A stretch of DNA of 64,000 bases from assembly GCA_040217195.1 (NCBI GenBank), contig JAVJNR010000008.1, forward strand, positions 224,001 through 288,000, read 5' to 3'. The translations under genes were made by a program, and so were the position numbers. This document shows, one piece after another, positions 10,546-19,544 of the stretch (the stretch's first letter is position 1; every line of letters starts with the position of its first letter). The notes under the pieces were generated by a model, which was not told where the DNA came from, ran no database searches, and worked only from the letters and a program-made list of their open reading frames with translations. The stretch is from Leptospiraceae bacterium. Lineage in GTDB: Bacteria > Spirochaetota > Leptospiria > Leptospirales > Leptonemataceae.

Positions 10546-12281
10546 TTTCCGGATGGTTCCTCATGCATTGCCTTGAAATAACGTAGACCTGGTGCCCACA
10601 TATGAGCCACTGGATCCACATCTACGTGTAATACGGAGGGACCATTCACTCCCAGACATCGATGCACTGCATCGTTCAGTCCTCCATTCTGGGATACTCT
10701 CTCTCCATGGGCTCCCATGGCTTCGGCCACCTGATCAAAGCGGATTTCGCCCAGGTCTGCAGCAATGGTTTCTCCCGGATCAAGGCTCTTGTATAGAAGC
10801 ATCTTCCATGGGCGCAAGGTAAAGGATTGATTCATCTTTACCATACCCCATTGCTTATCGCATAGTACTACGTATACGATCTTCAAGTTATGCCGTACCG
10901 CTGTTTCAATCTCCTGGGGATGAAATCCCATGGCCCCATCTCCAATAATGCAGCATACTGCTCTATCTGGATGAGCTTTCGCCGCTCCAAGCGCCTGGGC
11001 CACGCCGGCTCCCAGCATTCCGAATTTGAAAGTAGAAAGTACTGTTCCTGGAGTCTTTGCCTTCCAGTAGAAGTTGGCCCAGATAGCTGTGTTGCCTCCA
11101 TCGGCTACAAGTATTGAATTGTCCGGGAACGCTTCCCGGCAGGCTACTACAGCGCGGGCCGGGTGCACATAATCCGTTTCCTTTTCCAGGGATTTATCCA
11201 GCTTTTCTCTGTACTGAACCTTTCGCTTTTCGAATTTAGATAGATCTGGCTTTTTGGATCGTCCGTTCTTCTTCAGAGCTTCTATTAGATCCTGCATGAA
11301 AGCCTTTACATCTGCCTGGATGGCTATGTTGGCAGGCTTATTCGCACCCAGAATCATGGGATCCATATCCACTTGAATCATTTGTTGTTCGGATGGTTTG
11401 GCCCAGTAAGGAGCTTTACCCCACCAGTCTGTTTCGCCAATTCGCGACCCCAGAGTTAGAACTACGTCTGCAGAATTTCGCACACGATTATTCAGCGCAA
11501 TGTTTACCATTGGAATAGCCAGTTCATGTTCTTCGTTTAGAACGCCCCGGGCACCCCAGCTTGTAGTTACCGGCGATCCCAGTAATTCAGCCAGTTCTTG
11601 AAGCTCCGAATAAGCTTGCGCATGAATGATTCCTCCCCCGGCATGTATGATGGGCATATTGCCTTCCACCAGCATCTTGCGGGCCTGTTCAAGCTGTTCG
11701 GCATCCGGCGAAACTGGAGAAGTGCGACGATAGGAACTCACAGATTGTTCTGGCAGGGAGCCTTCGAATTTTCCGTTCATGATGTTTTCCGGTATATCCA
11801 CATGAACAACACCGGGCCGACCTTCGAAGCAATACCGCAGGGCTCGTTTCATCACTTCCGGGATTCGGTCAAAGGAAGGTACAGCCTCACTGTGCTTGGC
11901 AATTTGACCTATGACACCGGTTTGATCAAAACATTGATAGGTGCCTCCGCGATCCGGATACATGATTCCGGTTCTTCGTGCACTGGTGATCAGAAGCACA
12001 CGATTTCCTTCTGCCTGTTCTACAACCAGACCTGGTAGAATGTTTGCCACACCAGGTCCATTGGAGGCCATACAAACCCCCAGTCGGCCGGAGCTTCTTG
12101 CATAGGCACCGGCCATGTGAGCTGCACTGGTTTCATGACGGGGGCTTACCAGTTCAATCCCATCGGCCACCGCAGATGAATAGAACCCAAAATAGGTTCC
12201 ATCGATAATTCCAAAAATCTTTTCTACACTTTCATTCTTTAAGAATCGGGCTGCTACGGCCCCGCCGCTTACCTTGCTCAT
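10542..12281 (-). CDS. thiamine diphosphate-dependent enzyme (acetolactate synthase/2-hydroxyacyl-CoA lyase-like)
   Basis: RHETSAAHMA catalytic Glu, GRPGVVHVDIP and GDGAMGF...VVLCD ThDP/Mg motif; RBS AGGAG. Confidence 0.9.
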   Translation of the reverse strand: MSKVSGGAVAARFLKNESVEKIFGIIDGTYFGFYSSAVADGIELVSPRHETSAAHMAGAYARSSGRLGVCMASNGPGVANILPGLVVEQAEGNRVLLITSARRTGIMYPDRGGTYQCFDQTGVIGQIAKHSEAVPSFDRIPEVMKRALRYCFEGRPGVVHVDIPENIMNGKFEGSLPEQSVSSYRRTSPVSPDAEQLEQARKMLVEGNMPIIHAGGGIIHAQAYSELQELAELLGSPVTTSWGARGVLNEEHELAIPMVNIALNNRVRNSADVVLTLGSRIGETDWWGKAPYWAKPSEQQMIQVDMDPMILGANKPANIAIQADVKAFMQDLIEALKKNGRSKKPDLSKFEKRKVQYREKLDKSLEKETDYVHPARAVVACREAFPDNSILVADGGNTAIWANFYWKAKTPGTVLSTFKFGMLGAGVAQALGAAKAHPDRAVCCIIGDGAMGFHPQEIETAVRHNLKIVYVVLCDKQWGMVKMNQSFTLRPWKMLLYKSLDPGETIAADLGEIRFDQVAEAMGAHGERVSQNGGLNDAVHRCLGVNGPSVLHVDVDPVAHMWAPGLRYFKAMHEEPSGK

Positions 12282-12405
12282 AAACTTTCTCCTGTTCCGA
12301 TCATGATTTCTTTGCGATTCAGATATCCAGGTTTCGAAGGTTTCGCCTGGAAAAACGGTCAGTCTGGCGGAACTATCGATTCTATCCGTATCTCTGATCT
12401 ATATC

Positions 12406-12422
12406 TGCAAACTGTGTACCAG
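12406..12422 (-). promoter_or_regulatory. sigma54 (RpoN) -24/-12 promoter of the ThDP/SDR operon
   Basis: Minus strand CTGGTACACAGTTTGCA matches TGGCAC-N5-TTGCW with one mismatch and exact GG-N10-GC spacing; about 125 bp upstream of the ThDP gene ATG and next to a divergent bEBP. Confidence 0.8.
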
Positions 12423-12745
12423 CCGTTACAGGAGATTATTTGGAGTCCGGGGCAAGATCTCAGGCGATGGAAGTAGACAGCCCGGGCTCGAAAAATGCTT
12501 TCGAAGCTGCATTTGAGCTTCTGAGGCCCGAATAGAAGCTCTTCCATTCAGAATTGTCAGTAAATGAGGCTCTTCCCAGAATATCTGGACGCTCACTGAC
12601 TGGAAGATCGCCCAGGAAGCACGCGAGCCGACAATAATTGATCGATAGATTTTTGACGTTGACTAATATTGATCGGTATTGGATTATCCGGTGTAGGAAG
12701 CTCATTCCGGTTGAAGAAGCTGTGGACCGCAGACCGGGAGGAAGA

Positions 12746-14524
12746 ATGGAAGCCAATTCAAAAAAGTCCGAAGATGTCCTGAATTCTGAGAATTCTGAGT
12801 CCACCGTTGCTCTTTCCGAATCCAGCATTCGAGCCATGCTGGAGGTGATGCCCAGCATGGGCTATGCCTATGAAGACATTCCGGCCTTTCTGGAAAATGT
12901 TGTTCAATTTCTGAAAGTACACTTTGAATGTGGAAAGGCTGCACTCATACTTTCCAGGGCATATGGAGGGACCATGGCCGGCAATCTGGGAAGATCAGAC
13001 CAGATAACCGGAGATGGTTCCAGTGAAACGGGGATTCCCCTGCCATTTAGAGACCTTCTGGCCAATCATAGTCCTGCCTCCGGTAGCACACCGGAGCTCC
13101 GGGAGATCTGCCTGGAGATCAACCGACAGTCTTCTATAGATAATTCAGTTTCCGCGCCAACTTCGGATGCCAGTGGATCAGTCCTGGAATCTTATGGCCG
13201 GGCATTGAATCAGATGGGCTTTCAATTCGTTTATCCGATCTTGCTTCAGAGAGATCTGGTGGGTCTCATACTTCTGGGGGAGGCGCAAAAGCCGTTTGAT
13301 AATCAGGATGCGCTGTTTGTAGAAATGGGATCCGCATTGTTGGCCTTGACATTGCGAAATGCAGCCATTCGCCGGGAAAACTCACGTCTTAGACTAAACC
13401 AAATGCCTCCTGCGATGGAGATGAATTCCCGGAGTCTGGCCAGTGAGAGTTCAAAACCTTCGCAAACAGAATCTGAAAGTAAGAACAATGCTCAGCCAGG
13501 AAGCCGCAGGATTCAGGTGGGCAATCGTTCCATAGTTGTGAGCGATGCATTGTGGAACTATTCCCTGGATACCTGGTCCAGGCTTGCCACAGTGGATGTA
13601 CCAATTCTGATTTCCGGGGAAACGGGAACCGGAAAGGAATTGTTCGCACGTTGGATCCATCAGGAGTCCGGCAGTTCTGGTCCCTTTGTACCAATCAACT
13701 GTGCCTCGGTGCCAGATACTCTCTGGGAAAGCGAACTATTCGGACATATGCGAGGTGCTTTCACCGATGCAAGAGAAAGAAGAAAGGGCCTGGTGGAGGT
13801 AGCTGCAGATGGAATCCTTTTCTTCGATGAAATAGGCGATATGCCTCTGGAAATGCAGGGAAAGCTTCTAAGATTGATCCAGGAAAGGCAATATAGACCA
13901 CTGGGTGCCAGCGAAGAAAAGTCGGCTCGGTGCCGCTTTCTTTTTGCTACTCATAGAGATTTGAATCTGATGGTTCAGACCGGAGAGTTTCGCAAAGATC
14001 TGTACTATCGTATCTCAACGCTCACCGAAAGAATTCCTCCACTTAGAGAACGACAAGAAGACATACTTCCTTTACTGGATCATTATCTGGCTTTAAATTC
14101 CAGCAAATACAGAATCGCTCCGGTGCAACTGGAATCCGAGCTGCGCAACGCAGCCCTTAACTATGCCTGGCCAGGTAATGTTCGCCAACTGGAAAGCCTG
14201 GCACTTCGACTCTCTCTGGAGTACCCGAGCCAGAAACCAGATCTAAATCAATTTCTGCATGCTCTGGACCCATCCAGAGCTGACCATCAAGCCACTCAAT
14301 CCGTTGCAAATGCGAATACTGTTTACCATAAACAGGCCCTGAGCGATCTGGGCCTGGCGTCTGGAATTACCCTGGACTTTGATCATCTGGTTCAAAACTA
14401 TAGCAGGCATATACTGAAAGAAGCTCTGGAAAGAAGCGATGGGAATAGAACTCGGGCAGCCAGTCTGCTGGGTATCTCTCGCGGACGCTTCAACTACCAG
14501 TGGAAGCAATTGTTTGACGAATAG
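12746..14524 (+). CDS. sigma54-dependent enhancer-binding transcriptional activator (GAF-like + AAA+ + Fis HTH)
   Basis: GETGTGKE, ESELFGHMRGAFTDA, FFDEIGD, WPGNVRQL and GNRTRAASLLGISR; ATG at 12746 follows a GGAGG RBS. Confidence 0.92.
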   Translation: MEANSKKSEDVLNSENSESTVALSESSIRAMLEVMPSMGYAYEDIPAFLENVVQFLKVHFECGKAALILSRAYGGTMAGNLGRSDQITGDGSSETGIPLPFRDLLANHSPASGSTPELREICLEINRQSSIDNSVSAPTSDASGSVLESYGRALNQMGFQFVYPILLQRDLVGLILLGEAQKPFDNQDALFVEMGSALLALTLRNAAIRRENSRLRLNQMPPAMEMNSRSLASESSKPSQTESESKNNAQPGSRRIQVGNRSIVVSDALWNYSLDTWSRLATVDVPILISGETGTGKELFARWIHQESGSSGPFVPINCASVPDTLWESELFGHMRGAFTDARERRKGLVEVAADGILFFDEIGDMPLEMQGKLLRLIQERQYRPLGASEEKSARCRFLFATHRDLNLMVQTGEFRKDLYYRISTLTERIPPLRERQEDILPLLDHYLALNSSKYRIAPVQLESELRNAALNYAWPGNVRQLESLALRLSLEYPSQKPDLNQFLHALDPSRADHQATQSVANANTVYHKQALSDLGLASGITLDFDHLVQNYSRHILKEALERSDGNRTRAASLLGISRGRFNYQWKQLFDE

Positions 14525-14788
14525 ATGAAATGAATCATCTTACCGCGAAATACAGTGCACAGATCCAGGATTCCCATAGGGTTATATGGTATTGAAAAGC
14601 CCGGGGGCTCGGCTGAAAAAATCCTTTCAATTCAGTTTATAGGCGTCAGATTTTTCTAAATAGCCTTACGATTTCTTGGCCGTGCCGCTTCCGGTATTGC
14701 AAATTAGAATTTCGGAGATAAGTCCAGGGCAGGGAAGTTTATGGCATCGCGGCCGTCTTTGCGTAGCAATCTATGCCACGGATGTTCA

Positions 14789-15574
14789 CTACTGCGCTGT
14801 CTCGGTAAATTGAATGATTCGATCCAGCAATATAGCGGTGGCCACGCCTGCATTCAGAGACTCTGTTTGACCTCGAAGTGGAATGTGCAGTTTAAAATCG
14901 CATTGATCCAGCAATAAGGATTTCATGCCGTCTCCTTCACTACCGATCACCAAAATGAATCGTCCTGATTCTGGCAGTTTGTGCAGGTCATGACAACTGA
15001 TGCTTTCTGTTTCGCTGGAAGGATCAAAATCAGCACCCAGCAACCAGTATTCATTGGCTCTGGCCGTCTTGACCACAGACTGACTGCTGGTTTGAAATAC
15101 CGGTATAAGCATGGTGGCTCCTGCACTTACCCGGGCGGCCACACTACCCGGACGAGCTCCTTTTCCGGTTATGATCAATCCTTTCGCACCCAGAGCCTCA
15201 GCGCTTCGCGCAATGCTGCCCAGGTTTTGCTCATCCTGGATTCTATCCAGCATGACATATACTCCTGGATTGTCCGTGAATGCCTGTTTTAGTCCTGCCT
15301 CTTTGCTCTGCAGGCTCGCTGTAGAATCCAGGGATTGCTTTAACCGAATCACAATTCCCTGATGTCGAAGATCAGTCATCCGGGAAAGCTCGGAGGAAGG
15401 CATGGTTTGCACTGGACCTTTACCCAGTAAAGCAGACAGATCTTTTTTGAGTTTGGCCGGAAAACTATCTGAGATATAGACCATCTGGATGGCAGGCACA
15501 TGGCCGTCTGGCTTTCGCAAAGCCTGATCCAGTGCCCGGGCCGCCTGGCGACCGCAAATTATATCCTGTGCCAT
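14789..15574 (-). CDS. rlmB: TrmH/SpoU family RNA 2'-O-methyltransferase (RlmB-like)
   Basis: HQGI, LDRIQDEQNLGSIARSA, VIGSEGDG and ESLNAGVA; lies downstream of cysS. Confidence 0.8.
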   Translation of the reverse strand: MAQDIICGRQAARALDQALRKPDGHVPAIQMVYISDSFPAKLKKDLSALLGKGPVQTMPSSELSRMTDLRHQGIVIRLKQSLDSTASLQSKEAGLKQAFTDNPGVYVMLDRIQDEQNLGSIARSAEALGAKGLIITGKGARPGSVAARVSAGATMLIPVFQTSSQSVVKTARANEYWLLGADFDPSSETESISCHDLHKLPESGRFILVIGSEGDGMKSLLLDQCDFKLHIPLRGQTESLNAGVATAILLDRIIQFTETAQ

Positions 15575-17136
15575 TTTGTGCCTTCCGGCGTATCTTTAAT
15601 TTCAATGCCCAGGGAGGCTAGCTCATCTCGAATCGCATCTGCTCTAGCAAAGTCTCTGGATTTTCTGGCATCGGTTCTTTGTTGAAGCAAATCCTCTACC
15701 TTATGGGCCAGTCCATGGTCCAGGTTGGATTCTTCCGGATGAAAGCGAAGAACTCCCAGTACATCGTTGACTGCCATCAACATTAGAAGTGCATCTTCAA
15801 GATGTGCTGCGTCGGATCCTTTCTGGCCTGCATCTTGGGGGTTGAATCTGGAAGCAAGGGTATTGGCAGTCTTTACAGCTTCAAAAACAGCGGCCAGGGC
15901 TCGGGAGATATTCAGATCATCATCCATGGCCTCCAGAAATTCCTTAAGCTCAGCTGCAAACGGCGAATCGGCGGAAACGATTTTAGAAGAACCTTTGCCG
16001 GCTTTATCGCTTTTTCTGCGAGATTGCAGTTCAGCAATTAGCTGCGATTCTGTCTGGCCGGTTTTTTCCAGAAGCGTATCTATGGCTTGCTGAATCCTCT
16101 CGATAGAAGTGCGGGCAGCCTTCAGACCATCAAAGGTAAAGTTCAGCTTATTACGATAATGGGTGGCGCTCAGCAAATAGCGGATGCAAAGGGGCATCCA
16201 CCCACTATCTATGTAATCTAGAATCCAGTCCGGTGCAATACCGCTTTCTACCAGCTTCCGGGCTTTATCGTCTTGCGTTAGGTCTCGCAAAGTGAAAAAG
16301 TTTCCCAGAGACTTGGACATCTTTTTGCTTTCTACCAGTAGATGCTCATTATGCATCCAGTATCTTACAAAGTTTTCGCCTGGATAGGCTCCTCGACTTT
16401 GAGCTATTTCATTTTCATGGTGCGGAAACAGAAGATCGATTCCGCCAGTATGAATGTCGATTCCATCCTTGCCGTATATCTTGCGAATCATGGCCGAGCA
16501 TTCAAGATGCCATCCCGGTCTTCCGTCCCCCCAGCGAGATTGCCAGGCAGGCTCATTCTTTTTGGCCGGTGCTTTCCAGAGAGCAAAGTCCCGAACATCC
16601 TCTTTATCGTATTCATCGGCCTCGAACCGACCACCGGCTGCTGTCATTAGATGCTGAGTTTCGATCCTGGAAAGCTTACCATACTCGGGAAAGGACTTTA
16701 ACTTGAAATAGACATTTCCATCCACTTCGTAAGTATGCCCTCTCTTCTCCAGTTCACCGATCATTTCCAGCATGGTATCAATGTGTTCCGTGGCTTTCGG
16801 TCTATGCTCTACAGTCTCTATTCCAAGTGTCCTTAGATCCTGCAGAAATGCATCCACGTAGGGAGATGTGAACTCCTGAATGGATTTACCTTCGCGCAAA
16901 GAGTTTTCAATTATCTTATCATCTACATCCGTGATGTTGGATGCGTGGTCCAGACCGTAACCGCGAAATTTCAAATATCTTCGCAACTGATCTACGAAAA
17001 TGTAGGCCCTAAAATTCCCGATGTGATTGAAATTATATACAGTGGGACCGCAATTATAGATGCGCACTCGACCGGGATCGGCGGGATCAAAGGGTTCCTT
17101 TTTGCCAGTCAGGGAGTTAAATACGGTAAAGCTCAT
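15559..17136 (-). CDS. cysS: cysteine--tRNA ligase
   Basis: CGPTVY, HIGN, PGWHLECSAM, FPHHENE and KMSKSLGNF. Confidence 0.98.
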   Translation of the reverse strand: MSFTVFNSLTGKKEPFDPADPGRVRIYNCGPTVYNFNHIGNFRAYIFVDQLRRYLKFRGYGLDHASNITDVDDKIIENSLREGKSIQEFTSPYVDAFLQDLRTLGIETVEHRPKATEHIDTMLEMIGELEKRGHTYEVDGNVYFKLKSFPEYGKLSRIETQHLMTAAGGRFEADEYDKEDVRDFALWKAPAKKNEPAWQSRWGDGRPGWHLECSAMIRKIYGKDGIDIHTGGIDLLFPHHENEIAQSRGAYPGENFVRYWMHNEHLLVESKKMSKSLGNFFTLRDLTQDDKARKLVESGIAPDWILDYIDSGWMPLCIRYLLSATHYRNKLNFTFDGLKAARTSIERIQQAIDTLLEKTGQTESQLIAELQSRRKSDKAGKGSSKIVSADSPFAAELKEFLEAMDDDLNISRALAAVFEAVKTANTLASRFNPQDAGQKGSDAAHLEDALLMLMAVNDVLGVLRFHPEESNLDHGLAHKVEDLLQQRTDARKSRDFARADAIRDELASLGIEIKDTPEGTKWHRI

Positions 17137-17170
17137 CTTCTATGTGAGAAAAAAAGGCAGCCTTACCCTG

Positions 17171-19459
17171 TCAATTCAAGCCCTGGCCGTAGATTCTATC
17201 CGTGATCCAGTAATGCATATAGTTCTGATGCGTGATTCTACAGTAGTTCCGGCTCTCTGCTTTGGGAATATGCTCCAGGAAATGGTTAAAATCCCCGTTA
17301 AAGTAGCGAGCTTTCCATTTTTTCAGGTTTCCTGGACCTCCATTGTAAGCTATGGATGCCCATCGAAAATCTTGATCGTACATTCTCAATAGATCTGCGA
17401 AAAACATGGAGCCCAGACGAATGGATGTTTCTGGATCCAGTAGATCGTAGTTGGGCATATTGCTGCGACTGGCAAGCCATTCTCCGGTACGGGGCATTAT
17501 CTGCATGAGTCCCCGGGCTCCGGAGCGACTGATGGCCAACTCTCGAAACATACTTTCCTGTCGCATCAGGCCATAGACCATTGCCTCATCCACTTTGAAT
17601 GTCTGGCCGTACTTCTGTACAATGCCATGATAGGGCCGGGGATACAGAATACGAAGCAATTCCGGCGGCAATGTAAATGGATCCTCGGAGACTCCTGATT
17701 CGCGCAGTAGATTTCGAGTGTAGTACACAGATACAAACAGAGTATCACTTCGCAGCCCGGTCTGAGCCAGCCTCCGAAGGAATTGATATTCGCTTACTTT
17801 CCCGCTGTATCTTTCGCGAAAGAACTCCATCCCCAGTTGCCATTCTCCCAGGCGAAACAGATCTACAATGTCTTCCGGGACGGCTTGTTGATCTCTCTTT
17901 AGATCCCGTAGAATTCTTACAGCATCTTCATTCCAGTAGGCGCTTAGATTTTTTCGAGACAGAAAAGCCAGGGCTTTTTCATTCCCTCCATATCTAGAAA
18001 CCCAGCCCAGATAGGTTGCTCTGTCTCGCACGTAGGACCAGTGTTCCACATATGAATCCTTCTTATTTGAATCATTCAGATCCCAGAATGCTTGTTTGTA
18101 GTAAGAACCAGGCATGCGAACATAGAAGTTTTTCAGTAGATCCTCTTTTTCAGCGGGACTATTCTTTTCATAGTATCTGTAAAGCCAGTAAACAAATCGG
18201 CCGCTGCCTGCCTGGGCAGGCATCATGGTTCGTGCATAGTCCCAGTATCGTTTTTCCGCCCAGTGTAGATGATCTGGATCGTTTCCGATCAAAAACTCAA
18301 TCAGTTCATCGTGGGTTTCATAGTCTGCATGGTTTTCATTCAGATAGGCTACAAGTTCTTTGAAGTAATCGTCCTTGTTTCCGGATTTCTTCAGCATGGA
18401 CAGATAGATATGCCACAGGGAAGCGTCCTGACTTTTGGCATGTTCGAACCGCTGGAAAAGATTTTTGGCTATCTGTATCTGATTGGTTTTTCGAATCTGC
18501 TGAGCCCACATTCGGAGCTTCTGTGGATTTGAAGATAAATAAGTGTAGGCCCGGGAAGAAAGTTCCAGAACATCCTGGTAACGCCCGAGCTCCATAAGTA
18601 CCATTCCATCGTGTCCCACTGTTATGGCATTGGAGGTGCTAATTAGATTTTCGGAGGAGAATATCGCATCGCCCTTGTAGAAGGAAGAGGGTATATACTG
18701 CTGAAAAAGAACTAGCTTTCTGCGATAATGGGGAATATCAGAATAGGCGTCCGGAAGGGCTGGATCATTCTTCTTTAGTTCGTAGTATATCGCTTTTGCC
18801 AGCCAACCAGGAGGATCCATTTCTGCGGCTTTGAAAAGATAATCCCGTGCCTTTTCACGCTCTCCGGCCCGGCGAAAGGCACGTCCTTTCAGAAACTCTG
18901 TATAATCCCCGGATACGGATTCGAATCTTCGAGCAATCTCTGCGGCCCGGCTTACTTGATTTGTATCCAGGAGAGTATCCAGGCGTTTCTGGAGAATCTT
19001 TTGATCCAGCACATCTCCTTTACTCAGATTCGCCCTGGACAGGATTTTCTCCTGTATGGATTTACTGATGTCCTTTGAAGCGGCCTCCTGGGCTCGATAC
19101 AAAGCCAGTCTCTCGAGCAAATCGTTCACTGAATGCTCCGGAATTCGGTCCAGGCATTGATTCAACTCGGCCTCGGTGGCGTTGTTCATACAACCGTTGC
19201 GTACAACATTCAGAAAAGGTGCCACAGCTTCCAGACCGGAATGTCCTTTGCTTTTTTGAAGTGCTCTGGCAAGTGCATAGAAGTCTGACTTCTTCGTAGG
19301 GCTCCTATGTTCAAAATGTCGAAGTATCTGTGACCATCGGCCAGCTCGTAACATTTCGAATGGATCCGAATAAAGTGGCCGGGCTTCCGTGAGGTGGTGG
19401 CAGAAAAAAAAGAGGAATAATAGCGAGTGAGCCGTCAGATTTGCGCTTAGTTTCATCAT
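17171..19459 (-). CDS. soluble lytic transglycosylase (helical repeats + SLT domain)
   Basis: Signal peptide; C-terminal MRQESMF, SGARGLMQIMP and AYNGGPG. Confidence 0.9.
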   Translation of the reverse strand: MMKLSANLTAHSLLFLFFFCHHLTEARPLYSDPFEMLRAGRWSQILRHFEHRSPTKKSDFYALARALQKSKGHSGLEAVAPFLNVVRNGCMNNATEAELNQCLDRIPEHSVNDLLERLALYRAQEAASKDISKSIQEKILSRANLSKGDVLDQKILQKRLDTLLDTNQVSRAAEIARRFESVSGDYTEFLKGRAFRRAGEREKARDYLFKAAEMDPPGWLAKAIYYELKKNDPALPDAYSDIPHYRRKLVLFQQYIPSSFYKGDAIFSSENLISTSNAITVGHDGMVLMELGRYQDVLELSSRAYTYLSSNPQKLRMWAQQIRKTNQIQIAKNLFQRFEHAKSQDASLWHIYLSMLKKSGNKDDYFKELVAYLNENHADYETHDELIEFLIGNDPDHLHWAEKRYWDYARTMMPAQAGSGRFVYWLYRYYEKNSPAEKEDLLKNFYVRMPGSYYKQAFWDLNDSNKKDSYVEHWSYVRDRATYLGWVSRYGGNEKALAFLSRKNLSAYWNEDAVRILRDLKRDQQAVPEDIVDLFRLGEWQLGMEFFRERYSGKVSEYQFLRRLAQTGLRSDTLFVSVYYTRNLLRESGVSEDPFTLPPELLRILYPRPYHGIVQKYGQTFKVDEAMVYGLMRQESMFRELAISRSGARGLMQIMPRTGEWLASRSNMPNYDLLDPETSIRLGSMFFADLLRMYDQDFRWASIAYNGGPGNLKKWKARYFNGDFNHFLEHIPKAESRNYCRITHQNYMHYWITDRIYGQGLN

Positions 19460-19544
19460 ACTGTCCGATCCTAATAAGGAGAAGAACCTTACTCTACCAT
19501 CGGACAGTTTTCTCTTCCAGATGCAACGATTTCAAGGGTAGCCT

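Noticed and set aside
14765..14778. TGGCATAGATTGCT sigma54-like word on the minus strand
   Set aside because: Spacing is GG-N8-GC rather than N10, and no correctly oriented gene follows
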